A stretch of 28,329 nt of DNA, from assembly GCA_964373635.1 (NCBI GenBank), contig CAYJVS010000002.1, positions 1-28,329 of the forward strand, in the 5' to 3' direction. This document shows positions 8,754 to 15,756 of the stretch, piece by piece. The stretch's first letter is position 1, and each line of letters starts with the position of its first letter. Under the pieces are notes generated by a model that saw nothing but the letters and a program-made list of their open reading frames with translations, had not been told where the DNA came from and made no database searches. The stretch is from an uncultured Gammaproteobacteria bacterium. GTDB lineage: Bacteria; Patescibacteriota; Patescibacteriia; Buchananbacterales; GWA2-38-13. Position numbers and translations under genes: made by a program.

Positions 8754-9148
8754 GCCCCGTTAGACAACTTGGCCTGCACCAAATCCTGGTAACAACCATT
8801 GCTCGTTGCTCAACCGTGGGTTGGCGTTAGCGTAGTTGTTGGTCTTCTCGTATTGTTTTCATTAAAATGAGCAAAGTAGTCTAGTTCCTGTTGCAATAGT
8901 GGTAACCACCCCTACCCCCTCCTTGTAAAGGAGGGGAAATCGCCCATAATTTCCTCCTCCTTACGAAGCGTTCTCCCCCTTGCGAAGGGTTCTCCTCCTG
9001 ACGAAGCGTTCACCCCCTTCGAACGGTTCTCCTCCTTACGAAGGAGGAGTCAGAGGAGGTTGAGTGCGAAGCACTCAAGGGGGAGTTAGAGGGGGTAGAT
9101 ACCCGGTATCCTGGAAGTTATATTTCAACACCCACTAGCTAACGGGGT
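8754..9148. mobile_element. Non-coding inverted-repeat (MITE-like) element, 395 bp, ending at the mrdA start codon
   Basis: Ends GCCCCGTTAG / CTAACGGGGT form a 9/10 inverted repeat. The left 17 nt match the 15608 element at 14/17. Confidence 0.55.
8905..9098. repeat. Nested REP-like cluster with five tandem 18-19 bp units
   Basis: Units at 8952, 8971, 8990, 9009 and 9027, consensus TTCTCC(T/C)CCTT(A/G)CGAAG(C/G)G. Complementary arms at 9041-9049 and 9077-9085. Confidence 0.8.
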
Positions 9149-11104
9149 ATGCGCCTGCGCCGTTCGTACGATCCGTTTGCCGTGCCGTCGCTGGCAACCA
9201 GCGCCGGCGGCGGTGGCGTGATCATTCGGACTTCCCTTGAGGTCGCGTCCGTGCCGTTGCCGGGTGAAACACGCCAGTATCTCGGCCGTTTGGTTGCCCC
9301 GGTCCACTTGCGCTGGTGGTTTGGCGTGATGACCGTCGGCCTGATTATTTTGGCGCTTCGGGCCGGCATGCTGCAGCTGGCCGGCGGCGATTACTACCGC
9401 GGGTTGGCGGAAGGCAATCGCCTGCGCCTCCACGAATTGCCGGCGCAACGCGGCTTGTTGTTTGATCGCTTTGGCGCGCCGTTGGTCCGGAACGACCCGC
9501 GGTTGCAACTCGAGGTCATCCCCCTGGACCTCCCGCCGCCCGGGGCGCGGCTGACGGCCTTGATTGAAGAAGTGGCAGGATTGATCGGCCGGCCGCCGGC
9601 GGAGGTCGGGCGGCAGGTGCGGGCGATGCCGCGGGATTCGTATCAACCGGTCGTGGTGGCCGAGGATTTGACGCACGATCAGGCGATTCGGCTGACGGTT
9701 ATCGCCAGCCGTTTTCCCAGTGTGCGCCTCGGCCAGTCGAGTGTCCGCGCGTATCTTCACGGTGAGGCAACGAGTCTGTCTCACGTGCTGGGGTACTTGG
9801 GGAAAATTTCCCCCGCGGAAGCCGAACGGACGCGGGAATCGGGCTACGCCCCAAACGACCGCATGGGCAAGTCGGGGCTGGAGCTGTCCCTCGAAGAGGC
9901 GCTCCGCGGCATCAACGGGCGCGAGCAAGTTGAAGTTGACGCGATCGGCCGCCGCCAAGAATTGATCGCGCAAACTTCACCCGTCAGCGGCGCCGCCGTC
10001 ACGCTCACGGTTGATGTGGCGGCGCAGCGGGCGCTGGAGGCCGCGCTCCAGTCGGCGATTGCCGCCGCGGGCGCCCCGGGGGGAGCGGCCGTCGCGTTGG
10101 ATCCGCGGACCGGCGAGGTGCTCGCCCTGGTTTCGCTGCCAACCTTTGACAATAACCAATTTTCCGCCGGGATGCGTCCCGAAGATTTTTCGCGGATGAC
10201 GAACGATCCGGGTTTGCCCCTGTTCAACCGCGCCATCCAGGGGACCTACCCGTCAGGATCGGTGATTAAACCCGTGGTCGCGGCGGCGGCGTTAGCGGAG
10301 GGCATTATCACCGAGCGCACCACGATCATGAGTACGGGCGGTTTGCGGTTTGAACCGTGGTTTTTTCCCGACTGGAAGGCCGGCGGTCACGGCCCCACCA
10401 ATTTGTCCCTGGCGTTGGCCGAATCGGTCAATACCTATTTCTACCACGTCGGGGGCGGATATCGGAGCTTCGCGGGCTTAGGCGTGGAGCGGTTGACCGC
10501 GGCCTTTCGGCGGGTGGGCTTGGGTCTTCCGACCAACATCGGGCTGGCGGGTGAAGCCGCGGGTTTAGTGCCAAGTCCAGCCTGGAAATTGCAAACTACC
10601 GGACAAGCCTGGTATATCGGCGATACGTATCATTTGGCAATCGGTCAAGGCGATCTCCTGGTCACGCCGGTGCAGGTGGCCAATTATACCGCGATGATCG
10701 CCAATGGCGGCACGTGGTTTCAGCCCCATCTCGTGCGCGAGATCCGTCCGGCGGGTTCAACGGTGGGCAATCGCGCGGCCCCGCGGGTAGTGCGCGCTGG
10801 AGTGTTTTCTCCCGAACATCTGGCGGCGGTGCGGCGCGGCCTGCGCCGGGCGGTCCAGACGGGCAGTGCCCGCGCGCTGGCGGGCCTCTCCCTCGCGGCG
10901 GCGGGCAAAACCGGGACCGCGCAATGGTCAACGGTGAAACCCCCGCACGCCTGGTTCACGGGCTACGCGCCGGCGGACAACCCGCGCGTTGTCCTCACGG
11001 TCGTGGTGGAAGAAGGCGGAGAGGGGAGCGTGAGCGCGGTCCCGGTGGCGGCGCGGTTTTTCCAATGGTGGGCAGAGCACCGCGTGTCCTCAAGCGACTC
11101 GTGA
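9149..11104 (+). CDS. mrdA: Penicillin-binding protein 2 (class B transpeptidase)
   Basis: RGLLFDRFG dimerisation domain, SxxK (GSVIKP), SxN (ESVN) and KTG (GKTGTA). Follows mreBCD. Confidence 0.93.
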   Translation: MRLRRSYDPFAVPSLATSAGGGGVIIRTSLEVASVPLPGETRQYLGRLVAPVHLRWWFGVMTVGLIILALRAGMLQLAGGDYYRGLAEGNRLRLHELPAQRGLLFDRFGAPLVRNDPRLQLEVIPLDLPPPGARLTALIEEVAGLIGRPPAEVGRQVRAMPRDSYQPVVVAEDLTHDQAIRLTVIASRFPSVRLGQSSVRAYLHGEATSLSHVLGYLGKISPAEAERTRESGYAPNDRMGKSGLELSLEEALRGINGREQVEVDAIGRRQELIAQTSPVSGAAVTLTVDVAAQRALEAALQSAIAAAGAPGGAAVALDPRTGEVLALVSLPTFDNNQFSAGMRPEDFSRMTNDPGLPLFNRAIQGTYPSGSVIKPVVAAAALAEGIITERTTIMSTGGLRFEPWFFPDWKAGGHGPTNLSLALAESVNTYFYHVGGGYRSFAGLGVERLTAAFRRVGLGLPTNIGLAGEAAGLVPSPAWKLQTTGQAWYIGDTYHLAIGQGDLLVTPVQVANYTAMIANGGTWFQPHLVREIRPAGSTVGNRAAPRVVRAGVFSPEHLAAVRRGLRRAVQTGSARALAGLSLAAAGKTGTAQWSTVKPPHAWFTGYAPADNPRVVLTVVVEEGGEGSVSAVPVAARFFQWWAEHRVSSSDS

Positions 11105-11108
11105 GCGG

Positions 11109-11117
11109 TGTGGATAA
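11109..11117 (-). promoter_or_regulatory. Perfect DnaA box
   Basis: TGTGGATAA, the reverse complement of TTATCCACA. Confidence 0.55.
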
Positions 11118-11122
11118 GGCCC

Positions 11123-11151
11123 TTGACAGGCCTGGCGTCAACCCGTACACT
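11123..11151 (+). promoter_or_regulatory. Sigma70-type promoter for greA
   Basis: TTGACA-17 bp-TACACT. Confidence 0.6.
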
Positions 11152-11184
11152 CTTTTTTGTGTCTGCTTTTTTCCCTCGTACGCC

Positions 11185-11649
11185 ATGACGCATTACCTTA
11201 CGCCCAGCGGCCTGGACAAGCTGCGGCGCGAATTGGAGGAACTCAAAACCATCAAGCGTCAGGAAGTGATCAGCCGGATTAAAGTCGCGCGGGAACAGGG
11301 CGACTTGTCCGAAAACGCCGAGTACGCCGACGCCAAAGATGAGCAGGGTTTCATTGAAGGGCGGATTTTGGAGTTGGAAAGTTTAATCAACCAGGCGGTG
11401 GTGATCACCACGAACGGCAACGGCGGGGACGTGGTGAGCCTTGGTTCAACGGTCCTGGTGGATTGCGGCGGCAAGCAGCTGCGCTATACCATTGTCGGTT
11501 CCAACGAAGCCAACCCCGCCCAAGGCCTGATTTCCAATGAGTCGCCGCTGGGCGGGGCATTCTTGGGTAAACGCGTGGGTGATCGAGTGGCCGTGACGGT
11601 GCCCAAAGGCGCCCTGGAGTGCGTGGTTATTGACGTGCATCACGATTAG
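11185..11649 (+). CDS. greA: Transcription elongation factor GreA
   Basis: YLTPSGLDKL, GDLSENAEY and ISNESPLGGAFLG. ATG at 11185; the ORF-track extension to 10714 overlaps mrdA. Confidence 0.96.
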   Translation: MTHYLTPSGLDKLRRELEELKTIKRQEVISRIKVAREQGDLSENAEYADAKDEQGFIEGRILELESLINQAVVITTNGNGGDVVSLGSTVLVDCGGKQLRYTIVGSNEANPAQGLISNESPLGGAFLGKRVGDRVAVTVPKGALECVVIDVHHD

Positions 11650-11934
11650 GGTTGGGAAATAAATAACGTGGCTCACTGGTCAGCGTTTGGTTGAAGTTCG
11701 CTCGGATGTACGCCAGATTTGCCTGAAGAAAATTTGAAGCAAAAGCCTGGTCCTGGTGAAGATTTTTTTCCGGCCAACAATGGCGTTCAGCCCAAGGCTG
11801 ATCCGCCCGATGGCGTTGTCCGCGGCGGAGAGGATGAGATGTCAAGCCTGAGGCTGATCAGCCTAGGGCTGAAAATTGAAAAGGCTATTTTTTGACCAGC
11901 CCTTAGCGGAGGTTTAGCCGCCGTCCCACGGCGG

Positions 11935-11969
11935 AAACCATACGCCATCCGATGGGGTATGGTTTTTTT
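11935..11969 (+). terminator. Rho-independent terminator downstream of greA
   Basis: AAACCATAC-g-CCAT-ccg-ATGG-g-GTATGGTTT running into T7. Confidence 0.65.
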
Positions 11970-12034
11970 GGAGTTGAACCCATGGCGCGTGACTCCCGCT
12001 CCCAACTCCCGAAAGTCCGGGAGAGCCGCGGTTT

Positions 12035-12078
12035 AACTTTTCGGGGTATTGCACGATCGTGCAATACCCCGAAAAGTT
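12035..12078. repeat. Perfect 44-bp spacerless palindrome
   Basis: AACTTTTCGGGGTATTGCACGA|TCGTGCAATACCCCGAAAAGTT. Confidence 0.95.
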
Positions 12079-12355
12079 TTTATTTGCTCTTCTACCCCGC
12101 GGCTCTGCCGCGGGGAACCAATCCGCAAGGGGTTCCCTGCCTACGCCGGGCTTCGGCAGGCAGGCAAGGGGGCCGTGTTTTCCCCAAGGTCTCGGGCGGG
12201 GTTACTGCCCCGCTCACGAAAACGAGCGAGTTTATTGGGCCAGGCAGGGCAGGCGGGCCGCCGGGAAGCGCTGGGACATTTTTTTCGGGTTGACAAACCA
12301 ACGGATTGAACTAGAGGACATTTCTATATCCCGTTGACAAAACCAACGGATTGCG

Positions 12356-12384
12356 TTGACTCATTCGTTAGTTTTGGCTAAACT
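12356..12384 (+). promoter_or_regulatory. Sigma70-type promoter for lysS
   Basis: TTGACT-17 bp-TAAACT, ending 16 nt before the ATG at 12401. Confidence 0.5.
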
Positions 12385-12400
12385 ATGGCTATTGCGGCGT

Positions 12401-13858
12401 ATGGGTAATTCAGTCCCCGATGAGGTCACCGTTCGGCGCGGCAAACTTGAACGCTGGCGCCAGCTTCAGGTCAATCCGTACCCGTCAAAGTTCGCGCGCA
12501 CGCACACCGTGGAGGAAGCCCGAAAGCAACCAATGGGCACGGTTGTCGCGGTGGCTGGACGTTTAGTCACGATTCGCGCCATGGGCAAATTGACGTTTGC
12601 GCATCTTGCTGATTCCAGCGGTAAAATGCAAATCCAGCTCCGCGCCGATCAGTTGACGCCGGGCAACGCCTATCAATGGTTTGTGGACTTGGTTGATCCG
12701 GGAGATTTTATCGGCGTGGTGGGGTCACTGGTTACCACGCGCGCGGGCGAACTGACCGTGGCTGCCACCCGGTACGAACTCCTGGCCAAAGCGTTGCGGC
12801 CGCTGCCGGAGAAATGGCATGGGCTGAAAGATCACGAACTGCGTTACCGCCAGCGGTACCTGGATTTGGCCGCTAACCCGGCGGTGCGAACCCTCTTTGT
12901 CCAGCGGGCGCGATTCGTTGCCGCCTTCCGGCGGTATCTTGACGCCCAGGGTTTTTTGGCAGTGGAAACGCCGGTCTTGGAGCACGTCCCCGGCGGGGCC
13001 GAGGCCGAGCCGTTTGTCACCCACCATCGGACGCTGGATTGCGATTTCTATTTGCGCATTTCTTTGGAGCTGCATTTGAAGCGGCTGATCGTTGGAGGCT
13101 TCGACCGCGTCTACGAAATCGGGAAGGTTTTTCGCAACGAGGGGATGTCGCGGGAGCACTTGCAGGAGTTCACGGAACTGGAGTGGTACGAGGCCTACGC
13201 CGACTACCGTGATTTGATCGCGCGGGTGCAGGACTGCTACGGTCAAGTTTTGCAGGAGTGTTTTGGCAGGCTCAAGTTTACCGCGCAAGACACGACGCTG
13301 GATTTCACCCCGCCGTGGCCCGAGGTTGATTACACCACCGCAGTGCGCGAACGGATCGGCCTTGACGTCACGGTCGCGAGTCTCGCCGAACTCCAAACCG
13401 CCGTGCGCCAAGCCGGCGTGCCGGTGGACATGACGGTTGGCCGCGGCCGGTTGATAGACCAGCTCTTTAAGGCAACCGTTCGTTCCCATCTGATCCAACC
13501 GACGGTGGTCAGCAACCACCCGGTGGCCGTTTCTCCCTTGGCCAAACGCCACCCCCAGCACCCCGAACTGACCGAACGGATGACCGTGGTCGTTGCCGGC
13601 ACTGAAGTGGGAAACGGCTTTTCCGAATTAAATGACCCCCTGGACCAGCGGGAGCGGTTCCGCGAGCAGCGGCAGCTCTCTGCCGCCGGCGACCGCGAAG
13701 CCCACATGACCGACGAGGATTTCCTGGTGGCGCTTGAGCACGGTCTGCCGCCCACCGCGGGCTTTGGCGTGGGCTTGGACCGGCTGCTGATGCTGGTGAC
13801 CGATCAGCCCTCCATTCGCGACGTCGTGTTATTCCCCATGATGCGCCCCGAGGGGTAG
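12401..13858 (+). CDS. lysS: Lysine--tRNA ligase (class II)
   Basis: OB-fold N-terminus, LAKALRPLPEKWHGL, RYRQRYLDL, YLRISLELHLKRL, FRNEG and GFGVGLDRL. Confidence 0.97.
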   Translation: MGNSVPDEVTVRRGKLERWRQLQVNPYPSKFARTHTVEEARKQPMGTVVAVAGRLVTIRAMGKLTFAHLADSSGKMQIQLRADQLTPGNAYQWFVDLVDPGDFIGVVGSLVTTRAGELTVAATRYELLAKALRPLPEKWHGLKDHELRYRQRYLDLAANPAVRTLFVQRARFVAAFRRYLDAQGFLAVETPVLEHVPGGAEAEPFVTHHRTLDCDFYLRISLELHLKRLIVGGFDRVYEIGKVFRNEGMSREHLQEFTELEWYEAYADYRDLIARVQDCYGQVLQECFGRLKFTAQDTTLDFTPPWPEVDYTTAVRERIGLDVTVASLAELQTAVRQAGVPVDMTVGRGRLIDQLFKATVRSHLIQPTVVSNHPVAVSPLAKRHPQHPELTERMTVVVAGTEVGNGFSELNDPLDQRERFREQRQLSAAGDREAHMTDEDFLVALEHGLPPTAGFGVGLDRLLMLVTDQPSIRDVVLFPMMRPEG

Positions 13859-13877
13859 CGGTTGAAGCAGTTTGACC

Positions 13878-14291
13878 ATGGTTCGCGTCATGGCCTTTGG
13901 GACGTTTGATGGCCTGCACCCGGGGCATCGGCACTACCTGCGCGAGGCCAAACGCCAGGGCGACGAATTGGTGGTGGTCGTGGCGCGGGACGCAACGGTA
14001 AAGCGGGTCAAGGGCCGGCTGCCGCTCCAGGATGAAACCACGCGGTTGGCGCGGGTCAGCCAGTTGCCCGAAGTTTCCCGCGCGGTGCTGGGCCGGCGCC
14101 GCGATCCGGCCGGCATCATCGCCGAATATCAACCGCGAATAGTGTGCCTCGGGTATGACCAGCAGGCATTTACTCAAGGATTGGCGCAGCGGTATCCGGG
14201 GGTCAAGATTATTCGCATTTCTGCTTTTCACCCGGAGCGGTTTAAAAGTTCGCTCCAACGTTCCGCGCCTTTGCCACCGGTTCAACTATGA
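13878..14291 (+). CDS. Cytidylyltransferase-family protein (RibL-like FAD synthetase / TagD-like)
   Basis: MAFGTFDGLHPGH (HxGH), LVVVVARD, CLGYDQ. The stop overlaps the serS start (ATGA). Confidence 0.8.
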   Translation: MVRVMAFGTFDGLHPGHRHYLREAKRQGDELVVVVARDATVKRVKGRLPLQDETTRLARVSQLPEVSRAVLGRRRDPAGIIAEYQPRIVCLGYDQQAFTQGLAQRYPGVKIIRISAFHPERFKSSLQRSAPLPPVQL

Positions 14292-15601
14292 TTGACCTCA
14301 AACAGCTGCGCCATGACCCCGAACGTTTTCGTCAGGCGGTTCGCGATCGCACGGCGCCAGTTTCGGTTGACGAAATTTTGGCGCTTGATGTCAAGCACCG
14401 AGATCTGGAACGCCAGGTCCAAGGCTACCGCCAACGACTGCGTGCGCGATCCCAGCGCAAGCCGACCGCGGCGGACATCAAACGGCTCAAGCGTTTAGGC
14501 GAGGAGTTGCGCGCCATCGAAGTTCAGGCGCGCGAGATGGCCGTGCAACTGCAACGGTTGCTGGAGCGGTTTCCCAACGTGCCGTCAGCGGATACGCCGG
14601 TAGGCAGCGGCCCGGAAGGCAATGTGGTGTTGCGGGTGGTCGGCGATCAACCGAAATTTTCCTTCCCGCCGTTGCCGCACTGGGAGTTGGGCGACGGGCT
14701 GGACATGATGGACAGCCAACGGGCGGCCGCGGTGAGCGGCAGCCGTTTGGTCTATCTCAAGCGCGAGCTGGTCTGGCTGCAGTTCGCGTTGATTCAATAC
14801 GCGCTGGCGGCGGTCACCGACCAAGCCACGCTGGAGCGGATTGCCCGCCGGGCCCAGCTGGTCGTGTCGCCGCGGCCGTTTGTGCCGGTGTTGCCGCCGG
14901 TGTTCATCCGTCCGGAGATGTTGCAGAAGATGGCGCGATTGGAACCCAAAGAAGAACGCTACCACCTCGAACGCGACGATCAGTACCTGATCGGCAGCGC
15001 GGAACACACCCTTGGCCCGCTGCACGCGGGAGAAACGCTGGCGGAAGGCGCGCTGCCCGTTCGTTACGTGGGTTATTCCACGTGTTTTCGGCGCGAGGCC
15101 GGTTCCTACGGCAAAGACACCAAAGGGCTGATCCGGCTCCATCAGTTTGACAAAGTCGAGCTGGCGTCGTTTTGCGCGCCCGAAACGTCGATGGCGGAGC
15201 ACGATTTCATGGTGGCGATTCAGGAACATCTCGTGCAGGGTTTAGGATTGCCGTACCGCGTGGTGCAGATGTGCACCGGCGACCTGGCGTTGCCCGATGC
15301 GCGGCAGATTGACCTGGAAGTCTGGTTTCCGGGGATGCAAACGTACAAGGAAACCCACACCGCTGACCTGAACACGGACTATCAGTCGCGGCGGTTGCAG
15401 ATCCGCGTCAAGCGTGCCACGGGAGTGACCGAATTGGTCCACATGAATGACGCCACGGCCGTCGCGCTCGGCCGAACTCTCGCCGCGGTGGTGGAAAATT
15501 ATCAGGCAGCGGACGGTTCGGTGCGGCTACCCAAGGTTTTGCGTCCGTATCTGCCGCGGTCACTTGATTCCCTGCGCGCGCGTGCGGTGGCCGGAGCTTG
15601 A
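14288..15601 (+). CDS. serS: Serine--tRNA ligase
   Basis: MIDLK start, coiled-coil arm, LIGSAE, CFRREAGSYGKDTKGLIRLHQFDKVE, and HMNDATAVALGR. Confidence 0.96.
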   Translation: MIDLKQLRHDPERFRQAVRDRTAPVSVDEILALDVKHRDLERQVQGYRQRLRARSQRKPTAADIKRLKRLGEELRAIEVQAREMAVQLQRLLERFPNVPSADTPVGSGPEGNVVLRVVGDQPKFSFPPLPHWELGDGLDMMDSQRAAAVSGSRLVYLKRELVWLQFALIQYALAAVTDQATLERIARRAQLVVSPRPFVPVLPPVFIRPEMLQKMARLEPKEERYHLERDDQYLIGSAEHTLGPLHAGETLAEGALPVRYVGYSTCFRREAGSYGKDTKGLIRLHQFDKVELASFCAPETSMAEHDFMVAIQEHLVQGLGLPYRVVQMCTGDLALPDARQIDLEVWFPGMQTYKETHTADLNTDYQSRRLQIRVKRATGVTELVHMNDATAVALGRTLAAVVENYQAADGSVRLPKVLRPYLPRSLDSLRARAVAGA

Positions 15602-15607
15602 TGGTAT

Positions 15608-15756
15608 GCCTCGTGGGACAACTTCGAATGTGCGTCCACGGTGAATTTAGAGAGAGATCATCATGTGTGGCGCAAAAACTCGCCCAAAGAAGCTCGGCGA
15701 TCCGTGGTTTTCAGCCGGGAAAAAATTATATTACGGTCGAAGTTGTCCCACGGGGT
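15608..15756. mobile_element. MITE-like element, 149 bp, 20-bp terminal inverted repeats, flanked by AT
   Basis: Inverted repeats 15608-15627 and 15737-15756 match at 18/20 (both mismatches G.T). GGTATGCC occurs at both junctions (15603-15610 and 15754-15761). Confidence 0.7.

Noticed and set aside
8952-9045. CRISPR array
   Set aside because: The units are directly adjacent with no unique spacers, are only 18-19 bp long, and no cas genes are present.
9060-9078. CIRCE/HrcA operator (contains GAGTGC and GCACTC)
   Set aside because: The half-sites are in the reverse order with a 3-nt spacer, not TTAGCACTC-N9-GAGTGCTAA.
10714-11184. Long N-terminal extension of GreA
   Set aside because: It overlaps mrdA in another frame and spans the greA promoter. 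GreA homology begins at 11185.
11627-11896. Small ORFs in the greA-lysS interval
   Set aside because: They largely translate the hairpin repeats, with no ribosome-binding site or recognisable motif.
12005-12030. RNase P RNA (GAAAGTCCGG)
   Set aside because: It lacks the preceding GAG and I found no matching 3' conserved segment. The motif sits in a small local hairpin.
11650-12400. T-box or lysine riboswitch upstream of lysS
   Set aside because: No GGTGGnACCGCG T-box motif or lysine-riboswitch core was recognisable, and a promoter lies just upstream of the lysS start.
15598-15756. N-terminal 53 aa of the transglutaminase ORF
   Set aside because: This is read-through of the inverted-repeat element, and its composition is unlike the rest of the gene.
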